DNA of 62,669 bases, filler included, from an uncultured bacterium (GTDB lineage: Bacteria > Hinthialibacterota > Hinthialibacteria > Hinthialibacterales > Hinthialibacteraceae), in NCBI GenBank assembly GCA_964449065.1. It is 16 parts of 16 records of this genome, joined end to end, with 100 filler letters (N's around TTAATTAATTAA, not from the genome) between each part and the next. Parts side by side here need not be neighbours in the genome. Positions count along the whole stretch, not along the records: positions 39,701 to 43,497 come from CAYVAZ010000429.1; positions 43,598 to 47,375 come from CAYVAZ010000430.1; positions 47,476 to 51,244 come from CAYVAZ010000431.1; positions 51,345 to 55,084 come from CAYVAZ010000432.1; 12 more parts are not named here. One strand, 5' to 3'. Each line of letters begins with the position of its first letter. Position 1 is the stretch's first letter. Positions 42,006-52,148 of this stretch are shown here, piece by piece. The notes beneath the pieces are model-generated. The model searched no databases, had not been told where the DNA came from, and saw only the letters and a program-made list of their open reading frames with translations. The translations under genes were made by a program, and so were the position numbers.

Positions 42006-42689
42006 ATGGACTACAACTACTTAGATATCGCCAAGATGATCGATCATTCGCTGCTGAATCCCACTATGACGGATCAGGATTTAGAAGACGGCTGTAAACT
42101 GGCATTGGAATACGATGTTGCCAGCGTGTGCATTATGCCCTTTGCGCTGCCCCGCTGCGCTGAGATATTGAAAGGGAGTAATGTCAAAGCCAGTACAACG
42201 ATTGGTTTCCCGCACGGGGGACAAACGACCGCATTGAAGTTACGCGAGACCGAAGAGGCTTTAACTAACGGCGGCGAAGAACTGGATATGGTGGTGAACA
42301 TCAGCAAAGTGCTGAGCGGCGATTGGGGATATGTTGAGCAGGAGATTAACGTCTTAACCAACGCCACCCATCAAAGCCGGCAGCGAATCAAAGTAATTTT
42401 TGAGAACTGCTATCTAAATGACGAGCAAAAAATCAGGTTATGCGAAATTTGCGCCGGGCAAAATGTTGATTGGGTGAAAACGTCAACCGGATACGGCACC
42501 GGCGGGGCGACAATTGAAGACCTCAAACTCATGCGGCAGCATTCGCCGGATCATGTGCAGGTTAAAGCGGCAGGCGGTGTACGCGATTTGGATAAATTGT
42601 TGGAAGTGCGCGCGCTTGGGGTCAGCCGCTGCGGGGCCAGCCGCACGTCAGATATATTGGATGAATGCAAAACGCGTTTGGGTATGTGA
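42006..42689 (+). CDS. deoC: Deoxyribose-phosphate aldolase
   Basis: IDHSLL, GFPHG, ELDMV, KVIFE, VKTSTG, VKAAGG. Confidence 0.93.
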   Translation: MDYNYLDIAKMIDHSLLNPTMTDQDLEDGCKLALEYDVASVCIMPFALPRCAEILKGSNVKASTTIGFPHGGQTTALKLRETEEALTNGGEELDMVVNISKVLSGDWGYVEQEINVLTNATHQSRQRIKVIFENCYLNDEQKIRLCEICAGQNVDWVKTSTGYGTGGATIEDLKLMRQHSPDHVQVKAAGGVRDLDKLLEVRALGVSRCGASRTSDILDECKTRLGM

Positions 42690-42769
42690 TTTTACTTTGT
42701 TATAATCATGGAAACGGAAACCAGGGGTATTGCTCTTGCTTTTCTTTATCATCTAATTCGATCATTGAT

Positions 42770-43258
42770 ATGAAAAAATTGTATAAAAAAATGCTCGTGT
42801 ATATCCTCATCGTCTTTGCATTTATCCTATTGGTTCTTCCCGCGGCAATGGTGAAATGGGGCGGCGCGCCCTTGCTGGTCAAGCCGGGACTCATCACGAG
42901 AATGCAGACGTACTTTACCACAAATGTGGCGGAAACCCGTGATGAATCGATTTACCCGGAATTGCAAACTCCAACCTACGAAATCTCTGCTGATGACCTT
43001 TGGGCGAAAGTTCAAGAAACTGTTGAAAAGTTGAATTGGGAGATTGAATCGGTGGATGAAGATCGGCATGAGATTCATGCCGTGGTGACGACATCAATCA
43101 TGCAATTTAAAGATGATTTTATTGTGCGGGTTAAAGAAAGCGGCGGGCAGCAGAGTGAATTGTACATTCAATCGTCTTCCCGTGTGGGTAAAGGCGATTT
43201 GGGAGCCAACACCGGACATGTTTTGCGGTTTCTTGAGGAGTTAAACCGTTCTCTTTAA
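42770..43258 (+). CDS. DUF1499-like membrane-anchored protein
   Basis: FKDDFIVRV, SSSRVGKGDLGAN motifs. Confidence 0.8.
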   Translation: MKKLYKKMLVYILIVFAFILLVLPAAMVKWGGAPLLVKPGLITRMQTYFTTNVAETRDESIYPELQTPTYEISADDLWAKVQETVEKLNWEIESVDEDRHEIHAVVTTSIMQFKDDFIVRVKESGGQQSELYIQSSSRVGKGDLGANTGHVLRFLEELNRSL

Positions 43259-43264
43259 ATTTCT

Positions 43265-43375
43265 CTAGTACAGTGTCAACGATTTATTGACGGGTATCGA
43301 TCCCCCCTAGCCCCCCTTAACAAGGGGGGAAACAACGGATAGCCAGCCGTCATTCTTTGATTGACAGAGTACCAG
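43265..43375. mobile_element. MITE-B (about 110 bp); also 48691-48800, 55497-55607, partial 47650-47705
   Basis: Imperfect TIRs CTAGTACAGTGTCAA / TTGACAGAGTACCAG around a CCCCCCTTAACAAGGGGGG hairpin. Confidence 0.8.
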
Positions 43376-43735
43376 TGATTTCCCTTCTTTTTGCGATTCA
43401 TTCCTACAACCGTGCGATTCCTTTTGAATCAAATATAATGATTAACTGATGTTACGCAATCCATGTTTGACGATTGCTTGAAAAATGGTTTTGTTGTNNN
43501 NNNNNNNNNNNNNNNNNNNNNNNNNNNNNNNNNNNNNNNNNTTAATTAATTAANNNNNNNNNNNNNNNNNNNNNNNNNNNNNNNNNNNNNNNNNNNNGAG
43601 CCGTAGGCTCCGGGGGATTTTGCGTTGTTGAAAGCGTGCTTCGATCCCCCCTGCCCCCCTTAATAAGGGGGGGATCAACAACGACAGTCTCTTCGCTGCG
43701 TAACATGAGATATTTAATTTAAAGAGGTGTTTTTT

Positions 43736-43942
43736 ATGGAGACACTAACCATTTCGCCAGATTTCCAAGTATTGATTCCGGAAAGTTTTCGAGATCAATT
43801 AAAATTAAGTCCAGGACAGCAGATTCAGGCCATCTTATTTGATAACCGCGTGGAGTTGATCCCGGTTAAACCGGCAAAACAGCTGCGCGGATTTCTGCGC
43901 GGAATTGATACGAATGTCCCTCGGGATCAGGATCGATTATGA
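43736..43942 (+). CDS. AbrB/MazE-type antitoxin
   Basis: ISPDFQVLIP..R..LKL.PG; overlaps the toxin start. Confidence 0.88.
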   Translation: METLTISPDFQVLIPESFRDQLKLSPGQQIQAILFDNRVELIPVKPAKQLRGFLRGIDTNVPRDQDRL

Positions 43943-44316
43943 ATGTAGTTGATTCATCCGGTTGGCTGGAATACTTTGCTGATGATCCCAATGCGGATTT
44001 TTTCGCTTCTGTTATAGAACAAACATCGGACTTGGTTGTTCCAACTATTATACTTTATGAAGTTTTTAAACGGATTCATCAACAACGAGATGAAGACTCT
44101 GCCTTACAAGCCATTGCGCTCATGCAACAAGGAAAAGTAATTGACTTAACGTCTAATATAGCTTTGTCAGCATGTCATATCAGTTTAGAACTTGATCTTC
44201 CTTTAGCAGACAGTGTCATTCTCGCATCCGCCCGATATACAAATTCTGTTTTATGGACTCAAGACTCAGACTTTTCGAATATTCCAGATGTCAAATTCAT
44301 CCCTAAACAAAAATAG
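43939..44316 (+). CDS. VapC PIN toxin
   Basis: VVDSSGWLEYF, LYEV, LADS, TQDSDF. Confidence 0.92.
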   Translation: MNVVDSSGWLEYFADDPNADFFASVIEQTSDLVVPTIILYEVFKRIHQQRDEDSALQAIALMQQGKVIDLTSNIALSACHISLELDLPLADSVILASARYTNSVLWTQDSDFSNIPDVKFIPKQK

Positions 44317-44399
44317 AATGATTTCAAATTCTTATTCCACTCATCATTCTTCTTATCCGTTATATAATTATTGAAAGTACAAAATTCAAGCGAGACTCT

Positions 44400-46166
44400 A
44401 TGCCGAATCATCCGAACATGCTGCGGGTTGCGGCGGCGCAACTGAACCCGATTGTGGGCGATTTGCCGGGCAACACCGAAAAGATCAAACAGGCGATTGC
44501 GCGCGCCAGATCGGAAAAAGTGCAGCTCTTGGTCATGCCGGAACTGGTGCTGTGCGGCTATCCTCCCAAAGACCTGCTGCTGAAACCGCAGTTTATTTCC
44601 GAACAAAAACGCCTGCTGGATCAGATTATCCCCGAAACCCAGGGGATGATTGTAATTTTGGGCATGGTGTGGGGGGATGGCGATTCCTATAACGCCGCCG
44701 CCATGATCCACGACGGCCGATTAGCGGGGGTCGCCAAAAAGGTAGGCTTGCCCAACTACCGCGTGTTTGATGAGAAGCGCTACTTCGAGCGCAGCGATCA
44801 TCTATCCGCATTAAAAACCGATATCGCCAATATCGGCGTACTGATTTGTGAAGATCTCTGGCATCCTGAAATCTGCGCCAATATTGCATCAGCGGGTGTG
44901 GATATTATTGTGTGTGCTTCATCGTCTCCGTTCAGTGTGGGGAAATCAATTGAACGAGAAATCATGATCAAATCACGATGCCAAGATCACAGCGTGCCGA
45001 TGGTATTCGCCAACCAAATCGGCGGGCAGGATGAGTTGATTTTTGACGGGCGCAGCCTGATTGTGTCATCGACCGGTAGAATCAAAGCCGAGGGCAAAGC
45101 GTTTGAAGAAGACTTCATCACTGCCGATATCCACTTTGAAGAGGTGCGGCGCAGACGGCTGGCGGTGCCGGTGCAGCGCGACATCATCCCCGGCGATAAA
45201 CCCGGTAAAGAACCGGTGAAGGTGTTTGAATCCACCGGAAAAACCGACTGGCTCGATCACCCGCCCTCCACCAAAATCAAAACCTACTTCATGCCGGAAG
45301 CCGTGATGCAAGAGTATGACCCGGTTCCCGACGCGTATAATGCCTTGCTGTTGGGTGTCCGCGATTATGTGCAAAAGAACGGGTTTAAAGATGTGATTAT
45401 CGGTCTGAGCGGGGGGATTGATTCGGCGCTTACCGCTGCCATTGCTGTAGACGCTTTGGGAAGCGAACACGTGGTTGGGGTATCGATGCCCAGCCAGTAT
45501 TCTTCCGATCACAGTAAAACCGATGCGCAGAAGTTGGCGGAGAATTTCGGCATACAATATTATCAATACGCGATAGAGAATATTTATAAGAGCTTTGAAT
45601 CGGCACTGGCAGAGACTTTCAAGAATACCGAACCGGATGTGACCGAAGAAAACATCCAATCGCGCATCCGCGGCATGCTGCTGATGTCGCTTTCCAACAA
45701 GTTCGGCTATATGGTGCTGGCGACGGGCAATAAATCGGAACTGGCGGTGGGGTATGCCACGCTGTACGGCGATATGTGCGGCGGGGTGGCGGTGCTGGGC
45801 GATGTCCCCAAAACCTGGGTTTACCGCCTGGCGGAACACTGCAACCGGCGTCACGGAAAAGAGATGATCCCGGAAAACACAATCAAAAAGCCGCCGTCTG
45901 CCGAGCTGCGTGCCGGCCAGCTCGACACCGACAGCCTGCCGCCGTATGATAAGTTGGATGAAATTCTCCATGCCTATATCGAACTGGACTGGAGTATCGC
46001 CGAAATTACCGAATTGGGTTACGAACGCCAATTGGTGCAGCGGATCATCAATATGGTAGACCGGGCGGAATACAAGCGCCAGCAGGCCGCGGTGGTGCTG
46101 CGGGTGACATCAAAAGCATTTGGCAGCGACAGGCGCCTGCCGATTACCAATAAATATCAGTCGTAG
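44400..46166 (+). CDS. nadE: Glutamine-dependent NAD+ synthetase
   Basis: Nitrilase domain (PEL, LPNY, ICED) + SGGIDS, ENIQSR, TGNKSE, PSAEL. Confidence 0.96.
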   Translation: MPNHPNMLRVAAAQLNPIVGDLPGNTEKIKQAIARARSEKVQLLVMPELVLCGYPPKDLLLKPQFISEQKRLLDQIIPETQGMIVILGMVWGDGDSYNAAAMIHDGRLAGVAKKVGLPNYRVFDEKRYFERSDHLSALKTDIANIGVLICEDLWHPEICANIASAGVDIIVCASSSPFSVGKSIEREIMIKSRCQDHSVPMVFANQIGGQDELIFDGRSLIVSSTGRIKAEGKAFEEDFITADIHFEEVRRRRLAVPVQRDIIPGDKPGKEPVKVFESTGKTDWLDHPPSTKIKTYFMPEAVMQEYDPVPDAYNALLLGVRDYVQKNGFKDVIIGLSGGIDSALTAAIAVDALGSEHVVGVSMPSQYSSDHSKTDAQKLAENFGIQYYQYAIENIYKSFESALAETFKNTEPDVTEENIQSRIRGMLLMSLSNKFGYMVLATGNKSELAVGYATLYGDMCGGVAVLGDVPKTWVYRLAEHCNRRHGKEMIPENTIKKPPSAELRAGQLDTDSLPPYDKLDEILHAYIELDWSIAEITELGYERQLVQRIINMVDRAEYKRQQAAVVLRVTSKAFGSDRRLPITNKYQS

Positions 46167-46176
46167 AGGATGAACC

Positions 46177-46722
46177 ATGAAAACGATTATTATTACTTTA
46201 ACTGCTTTTCTTCTATCCATACCGTTGGCATTCGCGCAGCGCTATCAAGAAAGCTTTTGGGATACCTACCTGCCCATCGCGAAGTTGTTTGATTCGCCGG
46301 TGTTTTTCGCAATCGTGGTAGGCAGCGGCATCGCGTTCTTTGGTGCGTCGTTTATCTTTATGAAGTATATGAAGGCCAAGATAAAGCGGGTGGAGGAATG
46401 GGGCAAAGCAAAAGACACGCAAGAACTGATTGATCTGCTCGACAGCCCGGTCCCGGAAGAAGCCAACATGGCCTTTATGTATCTGCGCAAGTTCAGCGAT
46501 GAAAAAACCGGCAATCTTGTCGTCCAAAAAATGCAGGAACAGCGTAAAACCAAGGCCAGCCAGGTGAATCCTTACCTCATCTATTTGGCGGAAGACATCG
46601 GCGTGTCCTCGGCGGTGGAAGTGCTGCAAGCCATCGCGAAGGGCAAATCAAAATCCGCGCAACTGGCGGAAGAGACGCTTGACCGTTTTGGGGTTGCAAC
46701 CGCCGGGGAAAAAAGCAAGTAA
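46177..46722 (+). CDS. Hypothetical membrane protein with HEAT-like C-terminus
   Basis: Signal peptide + one TM; GAGGA RBS; in operon. Confidence 0.7.
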   Translation: MKTIIITLTAFLLSIPLAFAQRYQESFWDTYLPIAKLFDSPVFFAIVVGSGIAFFGASFIFMKYMKAKIKRVEEWGKAKDTQELIDLLDSPVPEEANMAFMYLRKFSDEKTGNLVVQKMQEQRKTKASQVNPYLIYLAEDIGVSSAVEVLQAIAKGKSKSAQLAEETLDRFGVATAGEKSK

Positions 46723-47375
46723 ATGAAGATGCTAACGCGAATTTCCATCCTACACATCCTTCTATTCTTTTTTCTGTTGACGAACAGTTCTGCTGTTTCT
46801 CAAGAATCGGCTATGTTACGTGTGCTGACCTACAACATCCATCACGGCGAAGGTGTGGATGGGAGACTCGATCTCAACCGCATTGCTTCTGTTATCAATT
46901 CAGTTACTCCCGATTTGGTCGCGCTGCAAGAAGTGGATGTAAAAACCGGGCGTACTAACGGGGTTGATCAAGCCGCAGTGCTTGCCGGGAAAACGGGACT
47001 GCATGTCGCGTTCGGCAAAGCGATTGATTTTTCCGGCGGCGCGTATGGCAACGCGATTTTATCCCGCTACCCCTTATCTAACATTGTCATTCACCCATTG
47101 CCGGATCCGGGGGAGAATGAAGACCGGATTTTATTGCAGGCGGATGTTGAGATTTCAATTGAGGATGAAAAACGGTTGGTTTCGTTTATCTCCACTCATT
47201 TAGACAACCGCAGTGCCGAATACCGCATGACGGCTGTACCTGCATTGCGAAAGATTATGCTGGATAGGCCGGAAGTTCCGTTAATCCTGGCGGGCGATTT
47301 GAATGCAACGCCGGATTCTGAATTGCTGCAAAAGATTGGAGAGATGTTTTCATCCGCGATTTTGGATGAGGTGTT
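46723..47375 (+). CDS. Endonuclease/exonuclease/phosphatase family protein, 3-prime truncated
   Basis: LTYNIHHG, ALQEVD, YGNAILSR, STHLD, AGDLNA. Confidence 0.9.
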
Positions 47376-47475
47376 NNNNNNNNNNNNNNNNNNNNNNNNN
47401 NNNNNNNNNNNNNNNNNNNTTAATTAATTAANNNNNNNNNNNNNNNNNNNNNNNNNNNNNNNNNNNNNNNNNNNN

Positions 47476-47552
47476 CCCAGCCTTGAAAGGCTGGGCTATT
47501 CTAACATGTCCCTAAAGGGACAGTTGTAATAGCCCAGGGTTTTAACCGTGGG
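47476..47552. repeat. REP-like multi-hairpin
   Basis: CCCAGCCTTGAAAGGCTGGG, GTCCCTAAAGGGAC, AATAGCCCAGGG. Confidence 0.6.
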
Positions 47553-47738
47553 ACTTAAGCTGAACGTTACGACATTGCCTCTGGCTAGCTTATCTTACCC
47601 CGTTGGGGTATATAACAAAACAAGGAAAACTTTTGGGTAAACCTTAGTATCAAGGGGGGGAACAACGGATAACCAGCCGTCATTTTTTGATTGACAGACT
47701 ACCAGTTATTATAAAATACTTCAAATACAAGATACTGA

Positions 47739-48092
47739 TTATAATGAAAATACAACACGCAATGCTTGATCGATCATCTCCATATCTAAAAGTGAGATTT
47801 CTCCTCTAATCTTAACCATTCTTTTTTGGTGATCGATTGGTCTGGTTTGCAGGCAATCAGCAATAGAAGGTTTTGTCAATCCATTCTGTTCAGTGGGCTG
47901 TAATGTGATATTGGTAACAATTTTACTTTTCTTTTCACTCCAGGCAGTGATGGGAACGACTTGAATGACTGGTACTTTTGCATTGTAGGTATTATTGGTT
48001 ACGATAATACACGGACGGATTTTTCCGGTTTCTGATCCTTGTACGGGATCAAGATTCACATCAATTACACTTCCCCGCTTTAGATTGCTCAT
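47739..48092 (-). CDS. PemK/MazF toxin
   Basis: RGSVIDVNLDPVQGSETGKIRPCIIV. Confidence 0.92.
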   Translation of the reverse strand: MSNLKRGSVIDVNLDPVQGSETGKIRPCIIVTNNTYNAKVPVIQVVPITAWSEKKSKIVTNITLQPTEQNGLTKPSIADCLQTRPIDHQKRMVKIRGEISLLDMEMIDQALRVVFSL

Positions 48093-48322
48093 TCAGGCCA
48101 ATCCTGTGAAGCGGAATTTGTTAAACGCTGCAAATCTTCATCTTGTTTATAAACATCGGAATATAAATCTGCGGATGTTTCAAGATTCTTTTTCTCTAGT
48201 TCACCTTGTAATTTTTGTAGAGCCGTTTCTACCATTTCGTTTTTGGTTTTGAATCCATATTTATTGTGTTTGCTGATGAACTCACTGGCCGCAGGAGATA
48301 ATTCAAATTCTAATTGCTTCAT
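48089..48322 (-). CDS. Antitoxin of the MazF toxin (RHH-like)
   Basis: ATGA overlap with the toxin; size and acidic C-terminus. Confidence 0.75.
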   Translation of the reverse strand: MKQLEFELSPAASEFISKHNKYGFKTKNEMVETALQKLQGELEKKNLETSADLYSDVYKQDEDLQRLTNSASQDWPE

Positions 48323-48351
48323 GCTTTCACCGCCCTAACCGTTTTTTCATT

Positions 48352-48543
48352 TTATAGCCTATCCGATTTGATTGGCTCTTTAAAGTCAGCCGGTTTTTTG
48401 GTAGAGATGGAATACCCGTATTCTTCCATAAATTGCTTTGCATCCTTTTGAGTGTTGACAAAATAGTCATGGATATCGGTTGCGGATTCAGCAAGTATTT
48501 TTTGTACCCGGCTTTTTTCTTTTAAGATTTCGTTATCAATCAT
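48352..48543 (-). CDS. Small antitoxin-like protein downstream of the PIN pseudogene
   Basis: DNEILKEK..VQKIL; start abuts the pseudogene stop. Confidence 0.6.
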   Translation of the reverse strand: MIDNEILKEKSRVQKILAESATDIHDYFVNTQKDAKQFMEEYGYSISTKKPADFKEPIKSDRL

Positions 48544-48544
48544 T

Positions 48545-48960
48545 TTAAACCTCTTCGAACAATTCCATCGGCGTAGTGATTACTGGAGTTTCCAATCCTA
48601 GAGAAATTTAGGTTTGCGTAGAGATACAACGTGTACATCCATGTACCGGCTGGAAGCCGATGCTACCCGGCTATTCAACTCTGAAACGCTCTAGTACTTT
48701 GTCAACGATTTATTGACGGGTATCGATCCCCCCTACCCCCCTTAACAAGGGGGGCAACAACGGATAACCAGCCGTCATTTTTTGATTGACAGACTACTAG
48801 TTCTTGCAGAACAGCTTCGGATATCCAAAGATTATACCGGTTCGATTCTTCTGTCCACCAACGTTTTGTTATTTCAACAAACGTTTCCAATGATGATCTT
48901 TCATCAAAAAAAATAACTTGGGATAGTCGAATCCACGTATATATTTTCTTTCTTCGCCAT
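48545..48960 (-). pseudogene. Disrupted PIN-domain toxin
   Basis: MAKKENIYVDSTIPSYFF (T8 frameshift) ...ITKRWW..LWISEAVLQEL, then repeats 48598-48800, then LGLETPVITTPMELFEEV*. Confidence 0.75.
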
Positions 48961-48961
48961 T

Positions 48962-50086
48962 TCAATGAACCTTTAGATATTCTTCAATATATTGGCGGAT
49001 GCGTTGGGCGGCTTTGCCGTCTCCAAAGACGGTGGCCGGGGCGGCGTATTGTTGGTAGAAGCTCTCATCCGTTAGGAATTGATGGGTGAGTTTAACGATT
49101 TTCTCGGTTTCGGTTCCAGCCAGGATGCCGGAGTTTGCAGAGAGCAGTTCATCGCGTTCGGTGTGGTTGCGCAGGACCAAAACCGGTTTGCCGAGGGTGG
49201 GGGCTTCTTCTTGAATGCCGCCGGAATCGGTTAATACAAGATGAGCGTGTTTCATCCATACCGCCATTTCGTCATACTCAACCGGGGCTTTGAGGAGGAT
49301 GTTGGGTACACCATCCAATTTTGAATGCACGGAATCTTTTACAATTGGGTTGGGATGTACGGGAAACACGATTGCCAATTCATCGTGTTTTTCTGCAATC
49401 CGTTTGAGGGCTTCGCAAATTTGTTCTATGTTTTTTCCCCAGTTTTCGCGGCGGTGGCAGGTGACCAGGATTATTTTTTGATCCGGTTTGATTTCCGATA
49501 GGATTGTTGTTTCTTTTTCTGGATTAATGTTATTAATGACGTAATGAAGCGCATCGATGCCGGAGTTGCCTACTACACGGATGGTGGATTCATCGATGCC
49601 TTCGCGCAATAGATTTTCTTTGGCTTTGCGGGTGGGTGCCATGTGCAGGCCGGCGATGTGTGTGATTAGGGTGCGGTTCATCTCTTCGGGAAAGGGTTCG
49701 TTGCGGTTGAAGGTGCGCAGGCCAGCTTCGATGTGGACAATGGGCACTTTGTGGTATGCCGCTGAGAGCGCGGCGATGAAGGCGGTGGTGGTGTCTCCCT
49801 GCACGGCGATCATGTTTACCGGATTGGCGAGAATGTATTCGCAGAGTTTTGTCCATACTTCCCGGACGAGGCGAACTAAATCCGGTTTGGCGGCCATCAG
49901 GTCGAAATCAACATCCGGGACTATGTTAAATAGATTAAGCACACCGTATTGCAATTCTTTGTGCTGCGATGTAACGGCCAGTTTCGTGTTGAGTTGAGTT
50001 GAGTTTTTGCACTCCAAAATGACTGGAGCGCATTTGATGGCTTCGGGGCGGGTACCAACAACGAATAAAAGAGTAGGCTTAGTCAT
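48962..50086 (-). CDS. wecB: UDP-N-acetylglucosamine 2-epimerase (non-hydrolysing)
   Basis: GTRPEAIK, QGDT, HIEAGLR, PFPEEMNR, TDSGGIQEE. Confidence 0.95.
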   Translation of the reverse strand: MTKPTLLFVVGTRPEAIKCAPVILECKNSTQLNTKLAVTSQHKELQYGVLNLFNIVPDVDFDLMAAKPDLVRLVREVWTKLCEYILANPVNMIAVQGDTTTAFIAALSAAYHKVPIVHIEAGLRTFNRNEPFPEEMNRTLITHIAGLHMAPTRKAKENLLREGIDESTIRVVGNSGIDALHYVINNINPEKETTILSEIKPDQKIILVTCHRRENWGKNIEQICEALKRIAEKHDELAIVFPVHPNPIVKDSVHSKLDGVPNILLKAPVEYDEMAVWMKHAHLVLTDSGGIQEEAPTLGKPVLVLRNHTERDELLSANSGILAGTETEKIVKLTHQFLTDESFYQQYAAPATVFGDGKAAQRIRQYIEEYLKVH

Positions 50087-50186
50087 TTGGATATCACTTC
50101 AAGATTGTGAACGGATCATTTCGTATGGCAACAGAGCCGATATACTATTGTAACCAATTCATATATCAATACATGGAAAATAGACC

Positions 50187-50981
50187 ATGCCGGAACAAAA
50201 AATGGGAAAAGTGTATATCACGGGGGCGGGGCCGGGTGATCCCGGGCTGTTGACTCTGAACGCGAAAAAAGCCTTGGAAGAGGCTGATGTGATTATTTAT
50301 GACCATTTGGTTACGGAAGAGTGTATGCGGTTTTGCCAGGAATCCATCCGTAAGATCTATGTGGGAAAAATGCGGGGGAAGCATACGTATCCGCAAGAAG
50401 AGATTAACCGGATGATTGCGCAGGAAGCCGAAACCGGGCATATTGTGGTACGGCTTAAAGGGGGAGACCCGTTTATCTTCGGGCGCGGCAGTGAGGAATG
50501 TCTGTATTTGCGTGAACGGAACATCGAGTTTGAAGTGGTTCCGGGAATATCGGCGTTATCCGCAGTGCCTGCTTATGCGGGGATACCGCTGACCCACCGC
50601 AATGTGAGTACACATTTTACGGTCGTGACCGGGCATGAGCGGTTTGGGAAAGAGCCGTTATCGGTGAATTGGAAGGCACTGGCGGAAATGGGGGGCACGC
50701 TGGTGATTTATATGGGCGTTACCAATATTCGCGGAATTGCAAACGCCTTGATGCAGCATGGGAGACAGCCGGAAACACCTGTATCCGTAATTCGGTGGGG
50801 TACTACGCCTGAGCAGGAAGAGATTGCAGGCACGCTGGATTCTATCGCGGACCAAATTGAGGGAATTAATTTACGCCCTCCCGGACTCATCATCATCGGT
50901 GAAGTGGTGCGGTATCACGATCAAATCAATTGGTTCCATCCAGAAGAATTCAACGAAGTAACTTCTGAAAAGGAAGATTAA
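50187..50981 (+). CDS. cobA: Uroporphyrinogen-III C-methyltransferase
   Basis: GAGPGDPGLLT, RLKGGDPFIFGRG, GIPLTHR. Confidence 0.95.
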   Translation: MPEQKMGKVYITGAGPGDPGLLTLNAKKALEEADVIIYDHLVTEECMRFCQESIRKIYVGKMRGKHTYPQEEINRMIAQEAETGHIVVRLKGGDPFIFGRGSEECLYLRERNIEFEVVPGISALSAVPAYAGIPLTHRNVSTHFTVVTGHERFGKEPLSVNWKALAEMGGTLVIYMGVTNIRGIANALMQHGRQPETPVSVIRWGTTPEQEEIAGTLDSIADQIEGINLRPPGLIIIGEVVRYHDQINWFHPEEFNEVTSEKED

Positions 50982-51244
50982 CGATGGGCATGTGCGGAAT
51001 CCAATTGAGGCTGCCGTTCCGTCACGCTGATGTTGATATCCACTTGTTGATCTAATTTGTTGAGAATGGTGATTAAGCGGTCTATGGTGAATCGTTTGAG
51101 GTCGGGTTTGCGAATACGTTGAAAAACATTTTCTTCAAGACCCGTTAGTTTTGCCGCTTTTCTCGGCGTAAGTTTTCGTTTATCCATAATCCCAATTATA
51201 TCGGAAGCCAATAAGGCCTTGGTTTGCAATACATCCGCATTCGG
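50978..51244 (-). CDS. XRE/HigA-like HTH regulator, 5-prime truncated
   Basis: KALLA..I..RKLT..KAA..TG; FTIDRLI..L. Confidence 0.75.
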   Translation of the reverse strand, partial: PNADVLQTKALLASDIIGIMDKRKLTPRKAAKLTGLEENVFQRIRKPDLKRFTIDRLITILNKLDQQVDINISVTERQPQLDSAHAHR

Positions 51245-51344
51245 NNNNNNNNNNNNNNNNNNNNNNNNNNNNNNNNNNNNNNNNNNNNTTAATTAATTAA
51301 NNNNNNNNNNNNNNNNNNNNNNNNNNNNNNNNNNNNNNNNNNNN

Positions 51345-51713
51345 TATAGTAAAGAGGGCATACTATTTACACTCAAAACATCTGGTGTCCTATTAGATAG
51401 GTTTGAATCATATTATTCTAACAATAATGTTCTCTTCACAAAAACTAATGGTTTTCGTTTGATATCAACATATATTAATAATAAAAAATTTATCTCTAAA
51501 TATTTAGACAATCAATCTATCTCTATAATAAATAACCTAGTTAAGGAACATAATGAATTTGAAAACATTAAGTACTATATAAATTATCTTCACAATTTAA
51601 AAATTGCTGGATGTTATTATGAATATTTAGAAATGTCATATATAATCAAGTCTACAATAATAAATTATAGTAATGACGCCCCGGTAAAAAGTCAGATTTC
51701 GGATTTGGGTTGA
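51345..51713 (+). CDS. AT-rich ORF fragment whose 3-prime end runs into an IS end
   Basis: Frame open from the contig start; last codons come from the IS terminus at 51671. Confidence 0.45.
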   Translation, partial: YSKEGILFTLKTSGVLLDRFESYYSNNNVLFTKTNGFRLISTYINNKKFISKYLDNQSISIINNLVKEHNEFENIKYYINYLHNLKIAGCYYEYLEMSYIIKSTIINYSNDAPVKSQISDLG

Positions 51714-52050
51714 AATGGGTTGTTGTGATCTCCTAGTGAGCCGGTCTGTCTTGTTTTATCCGGCAATAGGTTAACTCAGTTGGTTTGGAGAAAGTTTCTG
51801 GGGAATCTCATACTGAAATCCGCAGAAACCAGCGAAACCCGGCGCATTTTACGCCCTCGCCGTCTGAAAGATGTACCAGCCCAGCACTTTCAGCATCACC
51901 GCGAAGCGCACCGCCCCCAGTCCTTTTACCCGTAAGTGCCCCATTCCCAGCATCCGTTACAGTTTCGCCTTCAGCGCTTCTCCCTGACCACCACCGGTAC
52001 TTCTCGCGGAACTCATCGGTCTCTTTCGCCACCCGCTGCTGCGTCAACGG
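51671..52050 (-). mobile_element. Degenerate IS1182-like remnant (transposase C-terminus + right end)
   Basis: Frameshifted ETDEFREKYRWWSG and GMGHLRVKGLGAVRFAVMLKVLG; end GACTTTTTACCGGGGCGTCA. Confidence 0.65.
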
Positions 52051-52148
52051 CGTTTTGTTATCAAAGAATTGGCGATCAAAACATGGTAAAGCATTTGACA
52101 GCCACTTTACAGACAAGTGGTGTATAGCCAAAGTTTTTTGCTTGGTTG

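Noticed and set aside
45066..46031. Long antisense ORFs (also 17075-18283, 35095-35667)
   Set aside because: Shadow frames of well-supported genes
44400..46166. Linking nadE to the TIR-CinA system
   Set aside because: Different contig, probably a different organism; ordinary housekeeping gene
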